A stretch of 64,000 nt of DNA, taken from positions 14,575-78,574 of the IMG/VR virus record IMGVR_UViG_3300010373_000005. One strand, given 5' to 3'. A program made the translations under genes and the position numbers. This DNA is from a virus. Positions 24,629-32,329 of this stretch are shown here, in pieces (the first letter of the stretch is position 1; the number at the start of each line of letters is the position of its first letter). A model generated the notes under the pieces. The model was not told the DNA's origin, searched no databases, and was given only the letters and a program-made list of their open reading frames with translations.

Positions 24629-25434
24629 TCTCTCCTCCTCACCTTCTCTTCTAGAGTCGGGTTGTCGAGACACGTCTTCCAGTCTCTCCAGTCTATCTGC
24701 ACCAGCTTGAGCGTGTCAGTAAGGAACTCGTACCTGCGCGGGCACTTCTCCTGCAGCAGGTACGGGTTGGTGATGAACAGGCGGATCGCCTCGGCGAAGT
24801 CCTCGTCGTTCTCGGTGCGCGCGTACACCGACACCGGTTGTTCCACGCTACAACGACAATCGTAAAAGAGTCTATCTACTCTTTTACGTTTGAGCTCCTG
24901 GTGCACGTGGTGCCCGTACTCATGGGCCAGCACGCCGAGAGGTGAGTAGTCCCGCAGCCAGCGCGGCCACGACTGGTCGCTGTTCACGGGGCATCCGACC
25001 GAGTAGATCTGCACGGTCTTGCTGGACCATTTGTAGAGTCCCTCGTGCTGCCGCGCTCCCTCGGGACGATGGTCGAGCACCTCTACAGTTGGGAGTGCGA
25101 TGTTGTTCAGCAGGCACCACGAGTTCACCTGACGGTGCGCGCAGGCCACCACGTCCTCCAGGACGTCGCCGCGCTCCATCGGCTCGACCACCATGACCGG
25201 GCCCTTCGGCCCTGTCGACTCGCGCACCACGCGGATGTCGACGGGCTGCGGAGGGTTGCCAGGTCCGGGTGGTCCGCCCTCCGGGTTCGTCCACCCGAGC
25301 TTGACGCTGAGGACGTCAGCTGTGTGCTGTAATCCGACCACATGCGCCGTCACGCCGGTCTGCCCGGCGAACAGCATCGGCCGGTCGTCTGGCCAGCCGT
25401 GGATCATGTCCAGGAACTCTCGCTTAGTCATCAT
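24616..25434 (-). CDS. zincin-type metallopeptidase-like protein (272 aa)
   Basis: LGVLAHEYGHHVH (HExxH) is followed about 40 residues later by NDEDFAEAIRLF. This HExxH...E-F-AEA arrangement is what I remember from anthrax-LF-like gluzincins. The track start 25455 is a TTG; I placed the start at ATG 25432-25434. Confidence 0.55.
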   Translation of the reverse strand: MMTKREFLDMIHGWPDDRPMLFAGQTGVTAHVVGLQHTADVLSVKLGWTNPEGGPPGPGNPPQPVDIRVVRESTGPKGPVMVVEPMERGDVLEDVVACAHRQVNSWCLLNNIALPTVEVLDHRPEGARQHEGLYKWSSKTVQIYSVGCPVNSDQSWPRWLRDYSPLGVLAHEYGHHVHQELKRKRVDRLFYDCRCSVEQPVSVYARTENDEDFAEAIRLFITNPYLLQEKCPRRYEFLTDTLKLVQIDWRDWKTCLDNPTLEEKVRRREWPV

Positions 25435-25441
25435 ATGAGCA

Positions 25442-25663
25442 TCACCTCCTGTCAATCGGTTTCATCTTGCGAATGTCCTGCCAGTCTCGGCCCTCGCACT
25501 GCCGGTCGAGGGCGACCAGCGCGTCGTGGATCGTGGGACCGCAGCCCTCCAGCATCACTGCCGAGTCGTCCCACGAGAGCAATTTGGCGCAGTAGTGATC
25601 CACGAGGTACGTGACCTCGATCTCCTCGTGGAGCTGGACGCAGTTGTCAAGGTTCTCTAGCAT
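25442..25663 (-). CDS. hypothetical protein (73 aa)
   Basis: Track ORF on the operon strand. Confidence 0.45.
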   Translation of the reverse strand: MLENLDNCVQLHEEIEVTYLVDHYCAKLLSWDDSAVMLEGCGPTIHDALVALDRQCEGRDWQDIRKMKPIDRR

Positions 25664-25865
25664 GTCGTTTCCTTTCGTAGTGCCTGCACGCGCAGTGCAC
25701 CGAGCACCTGCCGCACAGGCTGCACGCGTCGCCCGAGCACGTCCTGACGCTGGTCGACGGCCCGAGCGCCCTGATAGCGCACGGCGGCGCAGGCGGCCCT
25801 AATTCGTTCACGAGCGTCTCGTACAGCGAGCGCTCCCAGTCGAGGTACCTCTGGTCACGGCTCAT
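25647..25865 (-). CDS. hypothetical Cys-rich protein (72 aa)
   Basis: Track ORF 25647..25871 trimmed to the ATG that forms an ATGA overlap (25862-25865). Confidence 0.4.
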   Translation of the reverse strand: MSRDQRYLDWERSLYETLVNELGPPAPPCAIRALGPSTSVRTCSGDACSLCGRCSVHCACRHYERKRHAREP

Positions 25866-26380
25866 TCCCACACCTCGTAGAACTGGTAGTCAGCCCAGCC
25901 CATCTCCCTGAGACCATCCGCGTCGTCGGGTCCGCGGTCCTCAGGGATGACACAGACAGTCATGATCTCAGGGTGACCCTCCTGGCCGACCTCGAGCACG
26001 TCGCAGCGCTCGCGAGGATTGCCCTCGCCGTCAGAGGGCAGCACGATCTTGTCGCCTGCCCTGAGCTCTGAGGCACGCTTGCCGCGCGGCCACGTGGCCC
26101 CGTGCACTCCGCCACTCGGCTTATACAGCACGTCGAGCGGCTGGTCCTCGAGCGCGGCCCGCTGCTGTGCCACCTTGACCTCGTGGTCGAAGGCGCCCTC
26201 TGACTTCATGCGCTCCCTCAGCAGGGAGTAGCTCTGCCACCTGTGCTTGCTCACGACGCACCTCCTCATGCAGTTAGGCTGAACTGCGTACAGGACCACC
26301 GTCGCGGGAGGCCGCGTGCCGGCTACGAGCCGGTCGCTGCACCTCCCGCTCGGGCGGTCATGGCTGACTTGGTATACCAA
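25862..26380 (-). CDS. hypothetical protein (up to 172 aa; start uncertain, TTG 26380 or ATG 26269)
   Basis: Track ORF. The TTG start has a GAGGA sequence 4 nt upstream, overlapping the previous stop. Confidence 0.45.
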   Translation of the reverse strand: MVYQVSHDRPSGRCSDRLVAGTRPPATVVLYAVQPNCMRRCVVSKHRWQSYSLLRERMKSEGAFDHEVKVAQQRAALEDQPLDVLYKPSGGVHGATWPRGKRASELRAGDKIVLPSDGEGNPRERCDVLEVGQEGHPEIMTVCVIPEDRGPDDADGLREMGWADYQFYEVWE

Positions 26381-26387
26381 ACCTTCC

Positions 26388-26777
26388 TCAAGCGTTGTCC
26401 AGATCGGCCTCGTCGAGCCCGTACCTGGCGGCTATCTCCAGCACTCCCTTGACAGCGTCAGATCCGAGGAAGAACCTTCGGTCTTTCTCGTCCGGCTCGT
26501 CTGGATAACCTCGGTGATACTTGAATGAATTAGCCTTGAGCCAGCCTTCGAACTGATCAGCGAGCTGCCAGTCGCGGTTCGTAGAGGGCGGATCACCGAG
26601 GTCTTTGTCGCAGCCGCTCCCGTAGAACTTGATGTAACCTGGGAGGCCCTCGTACTCTGGAGGTCCCTCGTCTACATGCCACAGCGTGGCTCGACACTCA
26701 GACGTGACGCCCACTGCGGCCAGGAAGTTTTTGAAGCTCTTCGACAGAGGTTCTATTTCGTCTTCTTCGTATGCCAT
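26388..26777 (-). CDS. hypothetical acidic protein (129 aa)
   Basis: Track ORF with a GAGGAGAC SD. The leader contains GTCACTATCA. Confidence 0.5.
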   Translation of the reverse strand: MAYEEDEIEPLSKSFKNFLAAVGVTSECRATLWHVDEGPPEYEGLPGYIKFYGSGCDKDLGDPPSTNRDWQLADQFEGWLKANSFKYHRGYPDEPDEKDRRFFLGSDAVKGVLEIAARYGLDEADLDNA

Positions 26778-26817
26778 GACTGTGTCTCCTCTGAAATGAT
26801 AGTGACGCGTACTCCTC

Positions 26818-27219
26818 CTAGTAGCACAGGTCCAGCAGCGCGATCACGAGGTACTTCAGCTTTATCGCGCTCGGGTGCTCCCTGGCGACGTACTCCTCGA
26901 TGAGCCGCTGGGCCTCGAACGACACGTTCTGATCAGCGGCTAGGTCGATCGCGCGCTGCAGGTGCGAGGCCTTCGTCTGCTTCTCCCTGACGTGCAGCCG
27001 CCGCATGTCCTCCCTGGTCGACGCGCCATCGTGGTAGTGGCTCATCAAGAAATTCAGAAGGTCGTCGGTCTCGCCCTCGTACCTGACGACCGGATTGCCG
27101 CCTCCCGGGCCGCAGGGGTCGACCAGTGACGCCTTGAGGTCATGGTCTCCAGCGGAGCCCCACAGTGCCGTCAGCTGCTCGAAGTTCTCTACTGACGTGT
27201 CCATGTCCGCGTGCGCCAT
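26818..27219 (-). CDS. hypothetical protein (133 aa)
   Basis: Track ORF 26818..27303 trimmed to ATG 27217-27219 (MAHADM...), which lies downstream of leader motif 27235-27245. Confidence 0.5.
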   Translation of the reverse strand: MAHADMDTSVENFEQLTALWGSAGDHDLKASLVDPCGPGGGNPVVRYEGETDDLLNFLMSHYHDGASTREDMRRLHVREKQTKASHLQRAIDLAADQNVSFEAQRLIEEYVAREHPSAIKLKYLVIALLDLCY

Positions 27220-27234
27220 GACGTGTCTCTTTCG

Positions 27235-27245
27235 TTCGAGTGATG
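27235..27245 (-). promoter_or_regulatory. conserved leader motif CATCACTCGAA
   Basis: Plus-strand ttcgagtgatg, 16 nt upstream of ATG 27219. Confidence 0.5.
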
Positions 27246-27332
27246 TGGATAAGTATGTCATACTCTCGCCTAGCCTACGGGCTCGCCCGCCGCGGCGATA
27301 CACAGTGCCTGCCGGGCGGACGGTCCCGGGTG

Positions 27333-27632
27333 CTAGACCGCGGACTCACTCGTCGGGGCGGGCTGCTCGGCCCGGAGGGCCTCCAGCTGCTTCTCGAGGA
27401 AGGCGATCCTGCGCTTCTTCTGCAGGGCCTTCTCGTCGCCGGTGGACTCCAGCGTGTCGGCGTCCTCCGTGAGCTTCTGCGCCAGGGCGCTGAACCTAGC
27501 AGCGTCCGCGCGCATCTTAGCGATCCGCTCCGGCAGCGGCAGCGGAGCGGGCCGCTCCTTCTTGGCTTTCTCCTTCTTGGCCGGGGCCTTCTTCGCGGGC
27601 TTGGCAGGTGCGTCTGTCATGTCGGTACTCAT
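27333..27632 (-). CDS. Lys/Ala/Pro-rich (histone-H1-tail-like) coiled-coil protein (99 aa)
   Basis: N-terminal APAKPAKKAPAKKEKAKKERPAP, then a helical segment ending KKRRIAFLEKQLEALRAEQ, which is related to the C-termini of 23281..23730 and 27811..28293. Confidence 0.55.
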   Translation of the reverse strand: MSTDMTDAPAKPAKKAPAKKEKAKKERPAPLPLPERIAKMRADAARFSALAQKLTEDADTLESTGDEKALQKKRRIAFLEKQLEALRAEQPAPTSESAV

Positions 27633-27762
27633 GTCTTGTCTCCTTCGATTGATGTGAACTCGATCAGCGTAAGGCCGCTACGCGCGGCACAGAAACGATG
27701 AGGAGCTTCGCCCACCCCTCTTGAGGGCCTGCCGGCAGCAGCAGGGAAGGCCCAGGGCGTGA

Positions 27763-27796
27763 TGATACTGCTCACACAATTGTGTGAGCAGTATCA
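27763..27796 (-). terminator. perfect 34-nt palindrome (hairpin or operator), 15 nt downstream of the stop of 27811..28293
   Basis: tgatactgctcacacaa|ttgtgtgagcagtatca is exactly self-complementary. A second GGGCCT/AGGCCC hairpin follows on the minus strand. There is no U-tract. Confidence 0.4.
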
Positions 27797-27810
27797 GTCA
27801 CTCACTGACA

Positions 27811-28293
27811 CTACTCCTCGTCGTCGCTCTCGGCCTCCAGCTTCGCCAGCATCTCCTTCAGGTGGTTGATGCGCTTCTTCTTGGCGCGCTCCTTGGCCGA
27901 CCCGGAGGTCTTGCAGATCTCGGCGTCCTTGCGGAGCTTGGCCGCCGCGCGCTCATAGCGCTCGGCTCTCCAGACGAGGAGGGGCCACTCGTTCTCGAAG
28001 TCCTGCGGCCTCAGCGGGAGGTGCAGCTTCTCGTCGTAGTCTGAAGGGATCGCGTCGACCAGCTTGACGGTCGCCCGCTGCTCCTGGTCGACCTGCAGGC
28101 CCGGGTAGTACACTCGCTCCTTCTTCGGCTTCTTGCCCTTCCCCTCCGGCGGCAGCTCCGTGCCCTGACGGGCGGCGAGCTGCTCCGGGGTGAGGTTGGC
28201 CAGTGCGGCCTGACGGCGCGAAGTTTGAGGGCGATCGCCCTCAGCCTTCGCTCTCACTTGTTCATGCTGCAACACGTTCTTTGCCATGATCAT
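27811..28293 (-). CDS. Lys-rich basic protein, paralog family member B (160 aa)
   Basis: Track ORF. Protein-level and visible DNA-level similarity to 23281..23730 (for example cagcatctccttcagg...gatgcgctt at 27850 versus 23370). Confidence 0.6.
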   Translation of the reverse strand: MIMAKNVLQHEQVRAKAEGDRPQTSRRQAALANLTPEQLAARQGTELPPEGKGKKPKKERVYYPGLQVDQEQRATVKLVDAIPSDYDEKLHLPLRPQDFENEWPLLVWRAERYERAAAKLRKDAEICKTSGSAKERAKKKRINHLKEMLAKLEAESDDEE

Positions 28294-28372
28294 ATCTCCT
28301 TACCAGACTAGTGATGCTCGGCTGGTACGAGCGATGAGTTTGAAGAGGTACTCATCAGACCTCGTTGAACTG

Positions 28373-28636
28373 TCAGCCGTCGCCGTAGCCGTCGCCGTAG
28401 CCAGAGCCGGAGCCGGAGCCGTCGCCGGAGCTGTCGCCGGAGCCGTCGCCGTAGCCGTCGCCGTAGCCGGAGCCGTCGCCGTAGCCGTCGCCGTAGCCGT
28501 AGCCGGAGCCGGAGCCGTCGCCGGAGCCGAAGCCGGAGCCGTCGCCGTAGCCGGAGCCGGAGCCGTAGCCGTCGCCGTCGCCGGAGCCGTCGCCGTAGCC
28601 GTCGCCGTAGCCGGAGCCGTCACTTATTCCCGCCAT
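28373..28636 (-). CDS. Gly/Tyr/Asp/Ser low-complexity repeat protein (87 aa)
   Basis: Of the three overlapping repeat-frame ORFs, only this one has a GGAGG SD 8 nt upstream of its ATG. It is also transcriptionally downstream of, and overlaps by 13 nt, gene 28624..28929. The sequence is (G[YSD]G[DS])n. Confidence 0.5.
   Translation of the reverse strand: MAGISDGSGYGDGYGDGSGDGDGYGSGSGYGDGSGFGSGDGSGSGYGYGDGYGDGSGYGDGYGDGSGDSSGDGSGSGSGYGDGYGDG
28376..28620. repeat. degenerate tandem hexamer repeat (gccgta/gccgtc/gccgga)n
   Basis: Directly visible over about 245 nt. It underlies the GYGDGS protein and creates ORFs in three frames. Confidence 0.9.
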
Positions 28637-28929
28637 ACCGGCACCTCCTCGATGCTCTTCCTAGCCTTAGCCGTAGTGTAAATGACCTCGATGACCTCAG
28701 TCAGTTCGTGTTTTGGCGTCGGGGTAGGAAACTTACATTCAGTGGGCTTAGACGTTCCGTCCACTGCCAGCTGGGATAACGTGGCAGCCCCCGCCCAGTA
28801 CCACAGTCGTCGGCAGTTAATGAGCTCTGCCTCCTTGCCTTCTCGCCTCACGAGCAGGCCCGCGAAGCATCCCGCTGAGTAGGTGCGAATGATCACGTAA
28901 GGGTACTTAACTTTCTTGGATTTCGTCAT
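28624..28929 (-). CDS. hypothetical protein (101 aa)
   Basis: Track ORF with an AAGGAGAC SD. Confidence 0.5.
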   Translation of the reverse strand: MTKSKKVKYPYVIIRTYSAGCFAGLLVRREGKEAELINCRRLWYWAGAATLSQLAVDGTSKPTECKFPTPTPKHELTEVIEVIYTTAKARKSIEEVPVWRE

Positions 28930-28970
28930 GTCACATGTCTCCTTGTGTTAGAGTTAGCGTGAATGTGGAT

Positions 28971-29150
28971 CTATTCTCCTAGCGCGTCCTCCATCTCCTT
29001 CATGATCTCCTCGCGCGTGAGCTTGCGCTCCGTCGCGCACACGTCCATCGCCTCGAGGCCGGCACCGTGCAGCGCCTCCTCGATCTCTGGCACCACGTCC
29101 ACGTCGTCGTCGACCGTCACCTCGAGCGTCACCGTGTATCTCTTCGACAT
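28971..29150 (-). CDS. small acidic protein (59 aa, just below the track cutoff)
   Basis: My own translation gives MSKRYTVTLEVTVDDDVDVVPEIEEALHGAGLEAMDVCATERKLTREEIMKEMEDALGE. GGAAGGGAG SD. It is the first ORF after promoter 29195-29223. Confidence 0.45.
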   Translation of the reverse strand: MSKRYTVTLEVTVDDDVDVVPEIEEALHGAGLEAMDVCATERKLTREEIMKEMEDALGE

Positions 29151-29194
29151 CGCGTCTCCCTTCCTGTAGGAACTTCAGTAAACGAACAGTCCTT

Positions 29195-29223
29195 ACTATA
29201 ACAACTCCCTCAGGTCTCGTCCA
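29195..29223 (-). promoter_or_regulatory. sigma70-like promoter: TGGACG-N17-TATAGT
   Basis: Minus strand: -35 TGGACG (29218-29223), 17-nt spacer, -10 TATAGT (29195-29200). Confidence 0.5.
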
Positions 29224-29232
29224 GCTTGAATC

Positions 29233-29460
29233 CTAGTCGTCGATGTCTCCCTCGTACGGGAGGTCGTCATCATCAGGCAGGAACTGGTCCGGGTCGTCGG
29301 GGTCCCTGAGGCAGCCCTCGCAGAGCGAGCTCGGGTTGTCGATCGGGAGCACAGCCCCGCACACGCACTTCATGTTGAGCTGCCGTCCGGTGTCTTCGTC
29401 GTAGTCCGGGCAGCACCCGGGCTCGTGCCCGCAGCAGGGAAAGTCTTCGCATCGTGACAT
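29233..29460 (-). CDS. small Cys-rich acidic protein (75 aa)
   Basis: This is the C-terminal part of track ORF 29233..29619, starting at ATG 29458-29460 (GAGGAGG upstream). Sequence: MSRCEDFPCCGHEPGCCPDYDED... Confidence 0.45.
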   Translation of the reverse strand: MSRCEDFPCCGHEPGCCPDYDEDTGRQLNMKCVCGAVLPIDNPSSLCEGCLRDPDDPDQFLPDDDDLPYEGDIDD

Positions 29461-29609
29461 GATTCTTCGTACCTCCTCGCCTGCTCCTTGTAGTAGGGCA
29501 CCTCGGCCCTGGTGAGGCCGGTCACGAAGACTCGGCCGTCCACCCTGACGACGTAGCAGTATCCGTCGTCGCCTCCCTCCTGCCTCGCGGTGATTTTTGG
29601 CTTGCGCAT
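29370..29609 (-). CDS. hypothetical protein (79 aa)
   Basis: Track ORF. The N-terminal 50 aa look protein-like, while the last 91 nt overlap the next gene in another frame. Confidence 0.4.
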   Translation of the reverse strand: MRKPKITARQEGGDDGYCYVVRVDGRVFVTGLTRAEVPYYKEQARRYEESCHDAKTFPAAGTSPGAARTTTKTPDGSST

Positions 29610-29612
29610 GGG

Positions 29613-30155
29613 TCACCATCCAGTCGGTTCTGACAAGTTCTTGCCGTCAGGATGATGCTCGTAGAGTATCGACGCGAGTCGACCCTCGAACTCACAGGTG
29701 TCATGCCCGTCGCCGGAATAAGCGTACATCACCTCCCCGACAGAGTCGAATCTCGAGCGCATGCTGCTCATGTCTACGTCGGCGAGTAACTCTACCAGCT
29801 CTCGGCGCACGTCGCCCGGCACCTCGCCCTTGACCACATAGTCATACACCTCCTGCGAGTCCTCGCCAAAGATCACCGCCAGACGACAGTAAGCTCTGAT
29901 GAGGTCTTCTCCGTACGGTCCGCTGAGGTATCCCAACCACGTCGTCTCGTATTCGTGCCTCTCGCAGGAGTACTTCGTCGTCACCACGGGCACGCCGTTG
30001 AGTATCAGCACGAGGCAGGGCTCGGTCCTGTCTACTCTGGTGAAGACTATCTGTATGAACTCCCCGTCGTCGCTGACGTAGTTGCGACCAAACTGCGTGA
30101 CTGAGCCTGGGCATAGGCCGAACTTATACGCATCAAAGTCTGCTGGGGGTCTCAT
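29613..30155 (-). CDS. hypothetical protein (180 aa)
   Basis: Track ORF with a 4-nt overlap to the upstream gene. Confidence 0.5.
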   Translation of the reverse strand: MRPPADFDAYKFGLCPGSVTQFGRNYVSDDGEFIQIVFTRVDRTEPCLVLILNGVPVVTTKYSCERHEYETTWLGYLSGPYGEDLIRAYCRLAVIFGEDSQEVYDYVVKGEVPGDVRRELVELLADVDMSSMRSRFDSVGEVMYAYSGDGHDTCEFEGRLASILYEHHPDGKNLSEPTGW

Positions 30156-30445
30156 GCTCTCCTCTCCTTCTTGTGAAGTGACAGCTTGATGGTCCTGCGC
30201 TCCACCTTGACGTCGAGCCCGACGGCGCGGCAGAGCTTCACGATCGAGTAGAACTGCGGGAGTCGCGTCCGGTGACTTCGCAGGTTGTACAGAGTCCCGA
30301 CGCCGAGCCGGGCCTCCTTGGACAGTTCGTCTACGGAGTCGAACGCCTCCTCCGCGAGGGCGAACGCGAGGTCCACCGTCGCGTGCAGCTCGCCCAGGTA
30401 CTGTCTGTCTACGATGCGTCTCACAGACGACACTTTCTTCGCCAT
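30152..30445 (-). CDS. helix-turn-helix DNA-binding protein (97 aa)
   Basis: Track ORF 30152..30499 trimmed to ATG 30443-30445 (GAGGAG SD). VDELSKEARLGVGTLYNLRSHRTRLPQFYSIVKLCRAVGL is Cro/C1-like. Confidence 0.55.
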   Translation of the reverse strand: MAKKVSSVRRIVDRQYLGELHATVDLAFALAEEAFDSVDELSKEARLGVGTLYNLRSHRTRLPQFYSIVKLCRAVGLDVKVERRTIKLSLHKKERRA

Positions 30446-30465
30446 GATCTTCTTCTCCTCATCAG

Positions 30466-30771
30466 TTAGTACAGTGGTACGTGCCAGTAGCGCCCACAAC
30501 GAGCGCAGGCGTGATCCATGTTGCCTGAGTCTGGACCGGCCGACGAGCAGTCCACTATCAGGTGCTCGCCGAGCATCTCACACAGCGCTTCGCCGTTGGT
30601 GGCGAAGCAGCCCGAGACGTGGCAGTCGACTCGCGTCTCGTCCGGCTCCCTGGGATAGTCTGCCTCAGAGTCACCGTAGAGCTGGTCGTAGTACTGCCAC
30701 TCGCCGAAGTTCTGAGCTGCGTCCTCGAGGGCCTCGATCGAGATGAAGTCTGCGGAGGTGCGGACGCTCAT
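30466..30771 (-). CDS. hypothetical strongly acidic protein (101 aa)
   Basis: Track ORF with a 4-nt overlap to the upstream gene. Confidence 0.5.
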   Translation of the reverse strand: MSVRTSADFISIEALEDAAQNFGEWQYYDQLYGDSEADYPREPDETRVDCHVSGCFATNGEALCEMLGEHLIVDCSSAGPDSGNMDHACARCGRYWHVPLY

Positions 30772-31148
30772 GGTATGAACACCGCCTCGAGCGCCTCACG
30801 CTGCTCGAGCGTCAGCGACACGCTGAGGTCCTTCGCCAGTTCGTGCAGCTGCTCCAGCTTCTTGAGGCGCGCTGCCCGACAACCGCGTGGGTCGTTGCAC
30901 CTCGGGTTGATGCCGTCTCCCGGCATCCATCTGCAGCCCGGGCACGCGTCGGGGTGCTGGAGCACCGACACCTCGAACTTCACGACGTTGTCGCCGTCGT
31001 TCCTGTCCTGCAGGGCCTCCTGCACGTCGTCGTTCGTGAGCGTCTCCTGCACCCAGTCGAGCACCGCGTCGAGCTCGCCCGCGAACTCCCTGAACGCGGT
31101 CTCGTCGCCGAGCATGCGGGCCGTCACCCTGTACTGTATCTTCGCCAT
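30768..31148 (-). CDS. hypothetical protein (126 aa)
   Basis: Track ORF 30768..31259 trimmed to ATG 31146-31148 (GGAGGAG SD). Confidence 0.5.
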   Translation of the reverse strand: MAKIQYRVTARMLGDETAFREFAGELDAVLDWVQETLTNDDVQEALQDRNDGDNVVKFEVSVLQHPDACPGCRWMPGDGINPRCNDPRGCRAARLKKLEQLHELAKDLSVSLTLEQREALEAVFIP

Positions 31149-31266
31149 GATCTTCTCCTCCTGATGGTCATAGACCACCTCCTGGTAGACTATGAGCCAC
31201 CTCCGGCGGAATTGCCGGCGGCCCGCGCCGCTGTACGACGCGGGGCACCGGGGACTCAACCCGAGG

Positions 31267-31548
31267 TCATCTCACACCTCCCTCCATCCTCTCCTTCCAT
31301 TCATGGAAGGTGTACTGCCTCTGACAGCCGATGGCAGCATGCCCACCGTATCCGACGAGGTACATGCTGAAATCGGCCGGCCACATCATCACACTGGCTG
31401 CATGTCGCAGGTCATCGAGCCCGATGAACGTCGACTCGTCTTCAGGCACGCGATACTCCCGACGCATGACCTTTCTCACGTAGTTGACGTCGATAGAGTC
31501 CGCTATCTTGCGCCAGAACACTGCCGGCTCGGTACGTACATACGTCAT
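31267..31548 (-). CDS. hypothetical protein (93 aa)
   Basis: Track ORF 31267..31620 trimmed to ATG 31546-31548 (GAGGAGAG SD). Confidence 0.5.
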   Translation of the reverse strand: MTYVRTEPAVFWRKIADSIDVNYVRKVMRREYRVPEDESTFIGLDDLRHAASVMMWPADFSMYLVGYGGHAAIGCQRQYTFHEWKERMEGGVR

Positions 31549-31568
31549 GATCTCTCCTCTTGTTAGGA

Positions 31569-31823
31569 CTACTCCGAGCAGGTCCTGCGAAGGTCGGGAC
31601 AGCTGCTGTACCCCGCGCACTGGCGCGGCTTCCAGCAGAACGACGGGCAGCTGGACTGCGGGCCGAGGCGCGGCTCGGCGGGGTACGGCAGGCGCTCTAC
31701 CGTTGCCTGTGACACGACCCGTCCACCTCCTTGCTGCTGCGCGATGACCCTCGCGGAGCTCGGATCATCGGCCTCCACGCAGGCCCCTGATCCGTCTGTG
31801 AAACTCACCCAGTATGGCGTCAT
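31569..31823 (-). CDS. hypothetical protein (84 aa)
   Basis: Track ORF trimmed to the ATG that forms an ATGA overlap at 31820-31823. Confidence 0.45.
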   Translation of the reverse strand: MTPYWVSFTDGSGACVEADDPSSARVIAQQQGGGRVVSQATVERLPYPAEPRLGPQSSCPSFCWKPRQCAGYSSCPDLRRTCSE

Positions 31824-32329
31824 GGTTCGTTCTCCTTGAGGTAGTTGATGATCTGTTCGTCGTCTCCGACCAGCTCGACCTGACCATCGGGCATGTGCCT
31901 GGCGGTGATCCCCCAGTCCCACAACGAGTTAAGCAGCTCGAGCCCGCCGATCGATATGAGGAGCTCCTCTGTGTCGACCTCAGTTCCGTCGGGCTGCTTG
32001 AGAGGCAACTCGCCCTCCTTGACGATCTTGCGCGTTGGCTCGCTGGTGCCCTCCACGCCCCACTCCTCGCTGAGCGCGAAGTTCCACAGCTTGCGCTCGG
32101 CTTCCTCGAGGCTCGTGAAGCAGTCTAGCCAGGGGTACCCCTGGCTAGACTGCGTGTCGAACACGCCCTCACCGATGAGGATGGCGACCCTGACGGGCTG
32201 CCTGTCGTTGTCGTACTTCGACTTCAGCCAGTACTGGAACCTCGGCTCGTTGTGGCTCGCGTCGCCCTCCCAGTCCTCCATGGGACCAGTGCAGAGCTTG
32301 CGACTCTTCTGGAACTCTTCGAACGTCAT
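31820..32329 (-). CDS. hypothetical protein (169 aa)
   Basis: Track ORF trimmed to the ATG that forms an ATGA overlap at 32326-32329. Confidence 0.5.
   Translation of the reverse strand: MTFEEFQKSRKLCTGPMEDWEGDASHNEPRFQYWLKSKYDNDRQPVRVAILIGEGVFDTQSSQGYPWLDCFTSLEEAERKLWNFALSEEWGVEGTSEPTRKIVKEGELPLKQPDGTEVDTEELLISIGGLELLNSLWDWGITARHMPDGQVELVGDDEQIINYLKENEP

Noticed and set aside
28376-28620. A possible CRISPR array suggested by the dense repeats.
   Set aside because: The period is only 6-18 nt, with no unique spacers. There is no leader and there are no cas genes. It is a coding low-complexity repeat.
28286-28681. The poly-(Ala-Val-Ala-Gly) plus-strand ORF and the (Thr-Ala-Pro) minus-strand ORF 28300..28623 across the hexamer repeat.
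   Set aside because: These are frame artefacts of the tandem repeat. Neither has an SD or coupling to neighbouring genes, whereas the GYGDGS frame does.
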